Shown here piece after piece: positions 1 to 8,740 of a DNA stretch of 64,000 nt. Each line of letters begins with the position of its first letter. The stretch's first letter is position 1. The DNA is from Sphingomonadaceae bacterium (lineage in GTDB: Bacteria; Chloroflexota; UBA6077), in the NCBI GenBank assembly GCA_050261575.1, contig JBLNDL010000078.1:62001-126000 (forward strand). Direction: 5' to 3'. Made by a program: the position numbers and the translations under genes. Below the pieces are notes generated by a model. That model had not been told where the DNA came from. It did not search any database and saw only the letters and a list, made by a program, of their open reading frames with translations.

Positions 1-229
1 TCCTCTCCACTAGCCCCCGCACCCTTTCATGCACTACAACGTTGTGCCGGTTGCCGGTCTCGCGCTACGATGACACCCACGAGCTGCCGGACCGTCGAGG
101 CGGTTTCGCGATCGGCGAATCGGCATTGCTCCCGACACCGCCGGCCGCAGAGGTGCCAGCGGCGGGATCGCGAGGACCGCCTGAAGTCCGGCGGTGGGCC
201 ACGAGCGAGGGGAGGATATCGAGAAGAAG

Positions 230-709
230 ATGTCGGACACGTTGAGTCCAAGTGCCCAGAGGGTTCAGGATGCGCTGCGCCAGCTCGGGCTGCCACTGGA
301 GGTAGTTGAGCTGCCACGGACCACTCGGACCGCCGCAGAGGCCGCCTCCGCGATAGGGTGTCGGGTCGAGCAGATCGCCAAGTCGCTGCTGTTTCGTGGG
401 AAGCAGTCACAGAAGCCGATTCTGGTGATCGCCAGCGGCGCCAACCGGGTCGACGAGCAGAGGATGTCCGAGCTTCTCGGCGAGGGCATAGAGAGGGCCG
501 ATCCGGACTTCGTCCGCAGACACACCGGCTTCGTGATAGGCGGGGTCCCCCCGGTCGGCCACCTGGAGAGGATTCAGACCTTCATCGACGAGGATCTTCT
601 GCGGCTCGACGAGATCTGGGCCGCAGCCGGCAACCCCAACGCCGTGTTCCGGCTGAACCCCTCGGATCTTCTCAAGGCCACTGGCGGGCAGGTGGCCCGG
701 GTCAAGTAA
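230..709 (+). CDS. YbaK/EbsC family aminoacyl-tRNA deacylase (editing domain)
   Basis: TRTAAEAA..IAKSLLF..GANRVD..TGFVIGGVPPVGH..WAAAG motifs; start moved to ATG 230 (track starts at 194). Confidence 0.9.
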   Translation: MSDTLSPSAQRVQDALRQLGLPLEVVELPRTTRTAAEAASAIGCRVEQIAKSLLFRGKQSQKPILVIASGANRVDEQRMSELLGEGIERADPDFVRRHTGFVIGGVPPVGHLERIQTFIDEDLLRLDEIWAAAGNPNAVFRLNPSDLLKATGGQVARVK

Positions 710-763
710 CGTTCGATCCACCGAGTTGAAGAAGCACGCAAGTGCAGAGAAAACTTGCATGCG

Positions 764-800
764 CAGCATAGCGCCCCTTGCACGGGCGCTATGCTGTTTA
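764..800 (+). terminator. Probable intrinsic terminator after ybaK-like gene
   Basis: Perfect 13-bp stem CAGCATAGCGCCC/GGGCGCTATGCTG, 7-nt loop, followed by TTTA. Confidence 0.65.
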
Positions 801-814
801 GGAACAATTGGCTA

Positions 815-843
815 TTGGCAATCGCGTACTCATCCTCTAAGCT
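815..843 (+). promoter_or_regulatory. Putative sigma-70/A promoter for the glycoside hydrolase gene
   Basis: TTGGCA-17 nt-TAAGCT. Confidence 0.5.
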
Positions 844-1174
844 GCCCTGGCAGGCGGCAAGGAGGCGGTAGCGGCTTCCACGCCTGTCGAACCGGATTGC
901 GGACGATCACAGCCTGACCCGCGTGGCAAGCGAGGGATTACCAGCCTGCCGCCGAAATCCGACATCTCCTGCTTCTGAGGGCGAGGTTCTACCTCCCCTT
1001 CCTCGACGGCGGGTCCGTCGAGACCCACGGCATCACCTCGCATCCATCTCAATCGATAGCGAACATCGGCAACAACACTCGGTTCGCCTGCTGGCGCCGC
1101 CGTACATGGGTAGCGCCATGTCCCTGCGCCGCGGCACGCCGCAGTCGAGCGCCACCAGATTCTGTGCGGAGGGA

Positions 1175-4100
1175 ATGGAGTTGAAGAAGCGGATATCGAT
1201 GCTGGCCATCGTGGTCGCGTTCCTCTCGGCGATGGTTCAGCAGGCCCCGGACGCGAGTTCTCAGACGACGCCGCCGATAAGGGAGATGATCGGCGTGAAC
1301 GCCGTCGTGAACAACAACCCCTCGGATATCGCGAAGGTGGCCGGATGGGTTAGGGACTATCACAAGTGGTACTGGTACGAGCCCACGAAGGATACCTACA
1401 CCTGGAGCACCGGCTGGCAGAGACTGGACTCCTTCTACGGCAGTCTGAAGGCGGCAGGAGTGAAGGTGATGCCGGACGTGGAGTTCGCCCCAGGGTGGGC
1501 AAGCTCAAACGGGCAGATCGACGGGATCCCCGACGCCGCGCAGCACGCCGAGTACCTGGGCGAGTTGGCCCGCCACTACAGCGACACCATCGCAGCGGTG
1601 GAGAACTTCAACGAGCCCAATCAGACCTGGCAGCCGATCAGGTTTCCGGCGAACATCTTCGGCGAGATGACCGCTCGGGACTACGACGCGGTGAAGGCGG
1701 CGAACTCGAAGCTGCCCGTGGTGCTGGCCGGCATGGCAGGACCCGACACCACCTATCTGGACGCCGCGAACCAGGCGAGCGGCGGGAAATTCGACGTGGT
1801 GAACTTCCACTGGTACGCCGAGGGCGACACGGCAGCCGGAGGGAAGAATCCGGAGGCCGGAGGACTGTTCGAGGCGATCGATCGGGTGCGACAGTGGCGG
1901 GACGCCAATGCCCCCGGCAAGCCCATCTGGATCACCGAGTTCGGGTGGGACACTTTCGCCCAGCCGGACGGCCGGAAGTCGAAGATCTACGCCCCCGAGG
2001 CGAACGCGGCCAACTACCTGTTGCGATCCATCTTCCTCATGCAGGGCCGCGGGGTGGAGAAGGCATTCGCCTTCATATATCGAGATGTGTCCAGCAACGA
2101 GGCATATCTCCACAACGTGTACTCCAGTTCGGGACTGGTCGTCAACGACGCCGAGAAGGACGGGAGAAAGAAGACCGGCTGGTACTACCTGGCGACCCTG
2201 AAGGGCGTGTTGGGCGAATACGTCCTCGACAGGATCGTCTCGAACGGCCCCAACGTGTACCACTACGAGTACGCCCTCCCCGGCAGCGACAAACGAGCGG
2301 CCGTGTTGTGGGCACGCAACGGGCTGCGGGATAACGGCTACACGGCGAGCTACACGGCTCCGGCAGGCACGCTCGTGGTCCCCACAGCCGGATCGACCGT
2401 CGGAACCAGATCCCAGACCGACGGGCGCCTGACCCTCACTGAGCGCCCCGTCTTCGTGCTGTACAGCGGCAGTCCGGCGGCCACCGCTGCGGCGCAGCCG
2501 ACACAGACAGTCGCCCCCACGTCGTCCCCGGTGCCGACTTCGCCCCCCACCTCACCCCCGGCCACCGCCACCCCCATCCAATCGACCGCTACATCCGGTG
2601 GCAGCACCGAACTGCTGGTGAACGGCGGCTTCGAGAGCGGTCTCGGCAACTGGTTCGTGCCCGCCTGGTTCGCCGGAGCAGCCAAGGTGGACGGAACCGA
2701 GAAGCACAGCGGCTCCAGCGCCCTGAGGTTCCAGGGCAACGTCGCTGGCCCCTACAGCTACCAGCAGGTTGCCGCCTCCCCCGGGCAGAAGGTGACCTTC
2801 TCGGGTTGGGTGAACATTCCACAACTGAGCGGCGACATGTCCATGGTGCTGGAGCTGGTACCCCGGCACCAGTACAACGGCGACCTGCCCGCCGTCCGCC
2901 TGGCCACCTTCTCCAAGGCCACGAGTGGCTGGACACAGGTGAGCGGATCGGCGGTGATGCCCGCGCGCACGGCATTCGTGAGGCTGATGGTTCGTTTCCC
3001 GAGGCTGAACGGCACGGCCTACCTCGACGACCTCTCGCTGAAGGCGGACGGAGCCGCCCCAACGCCTACCGTCACGGCCAGCCCCACGGCTCCGCCTGCG
3101 ACCCCAGCCGCAACGAATCCGCCGGCAACACCGACCCCGACTGCTCCGCCGGCCACCGCGCCCCCGGTGCCGACGCAGCCCACGGTCGCGCCCACGCAGG
3201 TGCCCGCCACTCCGACCGTTGGGCCAACCCAGCCTCCGGCCGGAAACGGGGCGCTGGCCAACACGCCCTGGCCGTCCTACGGACAGAATGCCCTCCGGAA
3301 CAACCGCAGTCCCTATGTTGGGCCTCAGCAGCAACCTAGGGTCAAGTGGACCTTCAACCGAAGCAACGACCATTGGGGCACGGACTACAGGGGCACCGGG
3401 ATTGGCCAGAACGGCACCACCTACATCGCTGCAGGCATGACAGGCGTGTACGCCCTGGACTCCGCCACCGGCCAGATGAAGTGGCTCTGGGTTCCCGAGA
3501 ACACGGGCCACGAGACCTGGATCGAGTTCCCGCCCACGGTCGCCGCGGACGGCACACTCTACGTGACCTCGGAGAACGACTACCTCTACGCGCTCAGCAA
3601 GGATGGCAAGGTGCTGTGGAAGTTCCTATCGGATCACCTCCACACCCCGGTGTCCATCAGTCCAGACGGCACGACCCTCCACTTCATCTCGGAGAACGGC
3701 TTCGTCTCCGCCCTCAACCGAAGCGACGGGTCGCTGAAGTGGAAGCAGCAGCTCGGCAACAAGGTGTACGCCACGGGGCGTCGCATCCCGGTGGTGTACG
3801 ACTCGGCCGGCAACCTCTACTTCGCCTGGATCAGCACCGTCTACTCGATGACCGCCAGCGGGCAGGTGCGTTGGTCCGTGAACGTGGGCAACAAGGGACC
3901 CTACATGGTGGGGCCCGCGGTCTCCGACGACGGCACACTGTACTTCGTCTACGTCCAGAACGTGATCGCCGTGGGAATGGACGGAAAGGTCAAGTGGCAG
4001 TACACGCTGGGCAAGAGCGCTTTCGATCGCACCCCCGCCATCGGAACGGACGGCACAGCCTACATCGGTGCAGAGGACGGCTTCGTCTACGCGCTTAATC

Positions 4101-5323
4101 CCAACGGCAGTCTGAAATGGAAGCAGCAGTACGCCAACACCACCGGATGGGGCGGAGGGATCAAGAGCAACATCCTGGTGGACGCCCGGGGGACGCTCTA
4201 CTTCCTAACGAAGGACCGGGAGATCCTGGCCGTCAACTCGTCCACGAGGCAGGTGCTGTGGAGTTACTCCACCGGCTACGGAGACAACTCCTACCCCGGC
4301 ATCCAGCTCAGCCTAGACTCCGACGGCACGCTGTACTCGCCGGTCAACGAGGGCGTGGCCGTTGCCCTCGCCCCCGCGGTGGGCGGTGCCACCGGGCCGA
4401 CCCCCATCGCAACCCCGTCACCGACCGCGACGGCGGTGCCCACCGTCGCGCCAACGGCGAGCCCCGCTCCTTCCGGGAGCACCCTCTGGGGCGCTTGGGT
4501 TGGGAGCGCCGTGAACGTGGCAGGGAACGAATCCGCATTCGAGCAGGCGGTCGACAAGCCCAGGGCGATCCGGCACTGGTACTGGTCGGTCGCGCCGATC
4601 AGCCAGAGCGCGGCGAACTTCGGGAGCTGGTCGGCCTCGATGCCCGCAGGTGCCATTCTGATGCTGTCCTGGGCTCCCTCACCCACTGACTCGAGCCTGG
4701 ACAACGTAAACGCCGGCAAGCACGACGGTTACATCGTGGAGTGGGCGAAGGCCTTGAAGTCCTACGGTCGGGAGGTGTGGTTGCGGCCGATGTGGGAGGA
4801 CAACGGCAGTTGGTACTGGTGGAACTCTGGGGGAGACTGGGACACCAACAAGAAGAACAAGTACAAATCCGCCTTCCAGCGGATCGTCAACCTCTTCCGC
4901 CAGGAGGGTGCCGGGAACGTCAAGTTCGTCTGGAGCCCTCACGTGAGCGGATCCGGGGCCGGCACCGCGAAGCTCAGTTACCCCGGTAGCGAGTACGTCG
5001 ACATCATCGGTCTGGACGGCTATCCCATGAGGGGAGGTAGGGGAGACTTCTACTCCACCTTCAAGCCCGACTACGACGCACTCGGGACGCTGGGCAAGCC
5101 GATGATCGTGGCCGAGACCAGCATCAGTATCGGAGTCGACGGCCAACGTGCCCAGTACGTGACCAACCTGCTGGGATACGAGTTGCCCACGAGATTCCCG
5201 AAGTTCGGCGCCTTCGTCTGGTTCAACGAGCCGGGGTGGGGCGACCTGCTGGATCCCAAGTATCCTGCCACGCTGGACGCGTTCCGCAAGGGGATCGGGA
5301 GCCAATACTACAAGGGCCGGTAG
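1175..5323 (+). CDS. Secreted multidomain glycoside hydrolase: clan GH-A domain + CBM4/9-like + PQQ-like beta-propeller + GH26 domain, with Pro/Thr linkers
   Basis: Signal peptide MELKKRISMLAIVVAFLSA after GGAGG RBS; NEPN and WITEFGW (GH-A catalytic Glu pair); NGGFESG CBM start; repeated DGTLY..LYAL..G..KW propeller blades; LRPMWEDNG/IIGLDGY/KPMIVAE (GH26-like). Confidence 0.8.
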   Translation: MELKKRISMLAIVVAFLSAMVQQAPDASSQTTPPIREMIGVNAVVNNNPSDIAKVAGWVRDYHKWYWYEPTKDTYTWSTGWQRLDSFYGSLKAAGVKVMPDVEFAPGWASSNGQIDGIPDAAQHAEYLGELARHYSDTIAAVENFNEPNQTWQPIRFPANIFGEMTARDYDAVKAANSKLPVVLAGMAGPDTTYLDAANQASGGKFDVVNFHWYAEGDTAAGGKNPEAGGLFEAIDRVRQWRDANAPGKPIWITEFGWDTFAQPDGRKSKIYAPEANAANYLLRSIFLMQGRGVEKAFAFIYRDVSSNEAYLHNVYSSSGLVVNDAEKDGRKKTGWYYLATLKGVLGEYVLDRIVSNGPNVYHYEYALPGSDKRAAVLWARNGLRDNGYTASYTAPAGTLVVPTAGSTVGTRSQTDGRLTLTERPVFVLYSGSPAATAAAQPTQTVAPTSSPVPTSPPTSPPATATPIQSTATSGGSTELLVNGGFESGLGNWFVPAWFAGAAKVDGTEKHSGSSALRFQGNVAGPYSYQQVAASPGQKVTFSGWVNIPQLSGDMSMVLELVPRHQYNGDLPAVRLATFSKATSGWTQVSGSAVMPARTAFVRLMVRFPRLNGTAYLDDLSLKADGAAPTPTVTASPTAPPATPAATNPPATPTPTAPPATAPPVPTQPTVAPTQVPATPTVGPTQPPAGNGALANTPWPSYGQNALRNNRSPYVGPQQQPRVKWTFNRSNDHWGTDYRGTGIGQNGTTYIAAGMTGVYALDSATGQMKWLWVPENTGHETWIEFPPTVAADGTLYVTSENDYLYALSKDGKVLWKFLSDHLHTPVSISPDGTTLHFISENGFVSALNRSDGSLKWKQQLGNKVYATGRRIPVVYDSAGNLYFAWISTVYSMTASGQVRWSVNVGNKGPYMVGPAVSDDGTLYFVYVQNVIAVGMDGKVKWQYTLGKSAFDRTPAIGTDGTAYIGAEDGFVYALNPNGSLKWKQQYANTTGWGGGIKSNILVDARGTLYFLTKDREILAVNSSTRQVLWSYSTGYGDNSYPGIQLSLDSDGTLYSPVNEGVAVALAPAVGGATGPTPIATPSPTATAVPTVAPTASPAPSGSTLWGAWVGSAVNVAGNESAFEQAVDKPRAIRHWYWSVAPISQSAANFGSWSASMPAGAILMLSWAPSPTDSSLDNVNAGKHDGYIVEWAKALKSYGREVWLRPMWEDNGSWYWWNSGGDWDTNKKNKYKSAFQRIVNLFRQEGAGNVKFVWSPHVSGSGAGTAKLSYPGSEYVDIIGLDGYPMRGGRGDFYSTFKPDYDALGTLGKPMIVAETSISIGVDGQRAQYVTNLLGYELPTRFPKFGAFVWFNEPGWGDLLDPKYPATLDAFRKGIGSQYYKGR

Positions 5324-5407
5324 AGCCGAATCCACTCACAGCCGCGCGCCCGAAGGCAATGGGGGCCGGCCTGCGCAGAGTCGAGAGGACTGCTCTCGGC
5401 TCTGGGT

Positions 5408-5860
5408 TCAGGCCGGCTCCTCTTTCAGGTTCCGCGCCCCTAGCTTCGCGGCAACGGCCCGCCCGGCTCCCGAGAGTGCGCCGCGCACCGTGGAGAGCAG
5501 CTCGTCCGCGTGGAGCGGCTTCACGAGGCATCCCGCAACCTTGATGCGAAGCTCCGCCAACAACTCGGGGATGTCGGGTCGAGCAGTGACGATCACGACC
5601 GGGCCCCGATACCCCATCACGCGCAGCCGATCGTGCAGCCAGATGCCGTCGGTGTCGGGCATGATGACGTTGAGAAGGATCAGGTCGGGGACCCGGCGTG
5701 CGTACTCTCGAAGCGCGGACTCGCCGTCCGCAGCGGAGGCAACGGCCAGCCCTTCGCTCTCCAGGAGGTACTGGATCAAGCGAACGGTGGGGGCGTCGTC
5801 GTCGACCACGAGGACCGTGGCGGAGGGCAGGTCGCCTTTTGAGCAAGCTGGCTCGAGCAT
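5408..5860 (-). CDS. Stand-alone receiver domain protein with Asp-to-Asn at the phosphoacceptor site
   Basis: VLVVDDD..PDLILLNVIMP..VVIVTA..LVKP. Confidence 0.8.
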   Translation of the reverse strand: MLEPACSKGDLPSATVLVVDDDAPTVRLIQYLLESEGLAVASAADGESALREYARRVPDLILLNVIMPDTDGIWLHDRLRVMGYRGPVVIVTARPDIPELLAELRIKVAGCLVKPLHADELLSTVRGALSGAGRAVAAKLGARNLKEEPA

Positions 5861-6050
5861 CTGTCATCTAGCTCCATCGATAGGACACCAGGTCGATCTG
5901 GAAACCGCGCAGCGCAGGATTGATGCCACGAGTTTGTTCTTGAAGATTTCCTCCATGATCGCATCCATCGGAACCTGCCCGCGGACGCGCCCCGAACCGA
6001 TCCACAGAGGCCAGTCGTCCGTCCGCGCCGTCAGGAGGTGCAACTAGGCA

Positions 6051-6124
6051 CTGAGCAGGCATCTCTACACAAAGTTCACGTCTCCCGCTCGAAAAGCCGG
6101 TACGGACTGCAGATACCTGGTTGG
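6051..6124 (-). repeat. 74-bp palindromic dispersed element, copy A (most diverged)
   Basis: Reverse complement CCAACCAGGTATCTGCAG...GCGGGAGACGTG...TAGAGATGCCTGCTCAG aligns without gaps to the other copies. Confidence 0.8.
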
Positions 6125-6269
6125 TAAACGAGCTTCTGGCCGAAATGGAGACGCAAGCGCCTTCGTAGCGCCCTTTTGCAGGCGGCAATCGCCTCGCTTA
6201 GGCAGATAAGGCGGACAGCTACAGCCCACCAAGCCGCTATCGCGACGCGAGGCAGCCACCTGGCGCACC

Positions 6270-6298
6270 TTGACACTGGAACCGAAGACTAGTAACAT
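6270..6298 (+). promoter_or_regulatory. sigma-70/A promoter of glmU-prs operon
   Basis: TTGACA-17 nt-TAACAT. Confidence 0.75.
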
Positions 6299-6349
6299 TT
6301 CAAAGTAGAGCTTCGGCCAGTGCCGGGCGGTAGATTCACGCCTTCTTTT

Positions 6350-7777
6350 ATGGACGACATACCAGAACAACCTAGCCGAGAAACGGATCCTGTAGCGGTC
6401 ATCCTTGCTGCCGGGATGGGCACCAGGATGCGTTCCGGCCTCCACAAGATCCTCCATCGCGTTGCCGGAGATCCCATCATCTCCCACATACTGGACGCCG
6501 CCGCCGAGGCTGGCATCGTGCGTCCGGTGCTGGTGGTGGGCCACCTGGCCGATCAGGTGAAGTCGACGGTCGGTGCCTCCGTACGGTACGTGGTGCAGGA
6601 GCCTCAGTTGGGCACTGGTCACGCCCTTCAGCAGGCGATGGCCATTCTGGAACCAGCGCCGCGACACCTCCTAGTCCTGTATGGGGACACTCCCCTGCTC
6701 ACTTCCTCCACCATGTCTCGCATGCTCTCGACCCTGGATGGTGCCGCCATAGTGTTGTTGACTGCGCACCTGCCAAACCCCACCGGCTACGGCCGGGTGG
6801 TGCGGGACGGGGCCGGTGGGGTTCGAGCCATCGTCGAGGAGGTCGACGCGACCGAGGAGGAGCGAAGGCTCACGGAGATCAACAGCGGCCTGTACTGCTT
6901 CGATGGCCGGTGGGCGAGGGAGAACCTCGGAAAGCTCCAGATGAGCGCCAAGGGGGAGTACTACCTCACCGATCTGGTCGCGATGGCGGTGGCCGAGGGT
7001 CGCGAAGTCCGCGCGGTGGTAGCCGAGGATCCTTCGGAGGTCATGGGAGTCAACGATCGCGTGCAACTCGCGGAGGCAGACCGGATTCTGAGGGAGCGGA
7101 TCTGCCGAAGACTGATGCTGAGTGGTGTGACGATCGTGGATCCCGCCTCCACCTACATCGGCAGGCGTGTATCAGTAGGCGCGGACACGGTGATCCATCC
7201 GGGGACCCACCTGCGCGGCCGCACCTCGATCGGGGAGCGGTGTGAGATCGGGCCGAACTCGGTGGTGGTGGACTCGACCATCGGCAACGACTGCGTGCTC
7301 CTCTCCTCGGTCGTGGAGGAGTCGTGGGTGGCGGACCGAGTCAGTATCGGGCCGTTCGCTCACCTGCGGGCTGGCGCGCGCATCGGCTCCGACGTGAGGC
7401 TGGGCAACTACGCCGAGGTCAAGAACAGCACCATCGGCGAGGGAGTCCAGATGCACCACTTCAGCTATCTGGGCGACGCCGATGTGGGTGCCGGTGCCAA
7501 CATCGGGGCGGGCACCATCACCTGCAACTTCGATGGTCGACGAAAACACCGCACCCGAATCGGCAAGGGTGCGTTCGTAGGTAGCGACACCATGTTGAGG
7601 GCTCCGGTGGAGATCGGCGATGGCGCCGTGACGGGCGCCGGGTCGGTGGTGACCCGAGACGTTCCTCCTGGGGCCACGGCGTTCGGGGTTCCGGCGCGGG
7701 TACGTGAGGAGAGGCGAGGGCTGGACTCTCAGGGTACAGAGACGAACCGGCAGGGAGAGGAAGAAAGTGGAGGCTAG
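6350..7777 (+). CDS. glmU: Bifunctional UDP-GlcNAc pyrophosphorylase/glucosamine-1-P acetyltransferase
   Basis: ILAAGMGTRM, QLGTGHA, YGDTPL, EYYLTD, hexapeptide repeats, HFSYLGDA, GAGTITCN. Confidence 0.97.
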   Translation: MDDIPEQPSRETDPVAVILAAGMGTRMRSGLHKILHRVAGDPIISHILDAAAEAGIVRPVLVVGHLADQVKSTVGASVRYVVQEPQLGTGHALQQAMAILEPAPRHLLVLYGDTPLLTSSTMSRMLSTLDGAAIVLLTAHLPNPTGYGRVVRDGAGGVRAIVEEVDATEEERRLTEINSGLYCFDGRWARENLGKLQMSAKGEYYLTDLVAMAVAEGREVRAVVAEDPSEVMGVNDRVQLAEADRILRERICRRLMLSGVTIVDPASTYIGRRVSVGADTVIHPGTHLRGRTSIGERCEIGPNSVVVDSTIGNDCVLLSSVVEESWVADRVSIGPFAHLRAGARIGSDVRLGNYAEVKNSTIGEGVQMHHFSYLGDADVGAGANIGAGTITCNFDGRRKHRTRIGKGAFVGSDTMLRAPVEIGDGAVTGAGSVVTRDVPPGATAFGVPARVREERRGLDSQGTETNRQGEEESGG

Positions 7778-8705
7778 ACTTCAGATCTTTTCCGGCAGTT
7801 CCAACCCCAGGTTGGCTGGTGAGATCGTCGAGTGCCTCGGCGTGCCCGCCGGGCGGGCAACGGTCGGTGCCTTCGACGACGGCGAGACTCGGATCCGGTT
7901 GGAGGAGAACGTCCGCGGATCGGACGTCTTCATCGTCCAGTCGCTGTGCCAACCCACCGATCACCACATCGTGGAACTGTTGCTGATGATCGACACGGTG
8001 CGCCGTTCCTCGGCCTCCAGAGTCACGGCGGTGATCCCATACATGGCCTACGCGAAGCAGGAGAAGAAGAGCCAGAGTCGGGAGCCCATCTCAGCCAAGC
8101 TGCTGGCCAACATTATCACGAGAGCGGGAGCCGATCGTATCCTCGCGGTCGATCTCCACTCTGCTGCCATCGAGGGCTTCTTCGACATCCCGGTGGATCA
8201 CCTGAGAGCCGGCCCGATCCTAGCCAACTATTTCGATCTGGCTGACCTCTCCAATGCGGTGGTGGTATCTCCCGATACTGGCGGAGTGGCGAGAGCCAAC
8301 GAACTTCGGGAGAGACTGGGCGCGTCTCTTGCCATCGTCTACCGCCAGCGCAAGGGCTACGAGAACAGCCACAAGCTGGAGATGGTTGGCGACGTCCAGG
8401 GGAAGACAGCCATCATCGTCGACGACATGATCTCCACGGGCGACACCCTGCTGCTGGCCACGGAGGCCCTTCTGGAACGGGGGGCGGCGGAGGTCTACGC
8501 CTGCGCGACCCACGCAGTCTTCGCCAACAACGCCCTGGAGGCGATCGAGCGCTCCCCTCTCAAGAAGGTTGTGGTCACCAACACCATTCCGGTTGACCCG
8601 GGGTCGGGCTCGAGCAAGATCGAAGTCCTGAGCGTCGGCTCCCTGATCGCCGAATCCATCCTCCGGATTCACAAGGACATCTCGCTCAGTAGTCTCTTCA
8701 CCTAG
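7767..8705 (+). CDS. prs: Ribose-phosphate pyrophosphokinase
   Basis: FDDGET..ENVRG, DLHS..IEGFFDIP, VSPD.GG, IVDDMISTG, ATHAVF; follows glmU; GTG start 7767. Confidence 0.95.
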   Translation: MEARLQIFSGSSNPRLAGEIVECLGVPAGRATVGAFDDGETRIRLEENVRGSDVFIVQSLCQPTDHHIVELLLMIDTVRRSSASRVTAVIPYMAYAKQEKKSQSREPISAKLLANIITRAGADRILAVDLHSAAIEGFFDIPVDHLRAGPILANYFDLADLSNAVVVSPDTGGVARANELRERLGASLAIVYRQRKGYENSHKLEMVGDVQGKTAIIVDDMISTGDTLLLATEALLERGAAEVYACATHAVFANNALEAIERSPLKKVVVTNTIPVDPGSGSSKIEVLSVGSLIAESILRIHKDISLSSLFT

Positions 8706-8740
8706 GAAGGCGTGGGTCGCTAATAGGGGATTTGCCAATC

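Noticed and set aside
1..229. Short ORFs at the window start
   Set aside because: No recognisable motifs or RBS, and the context is truncated
923..1174. ORF-track N-terminal extensions (also fliF 24332, cheD 29462, fliP 59343, giant GT 36052, J protein 14585, cheX 26120)
   Set aside because: Extensions lack homology-like sequence and overlap neighbouring genes, leaders or repeats; better-placed starts, mostly RBS-backed, lie downstream
2470..4480. Pro/Thr-rich repeats in the hydrolase (and in FliF near 23210-23290)
   Set aside because: Ordinary low-complexity interdomain linkers rather than DNA repeat elements
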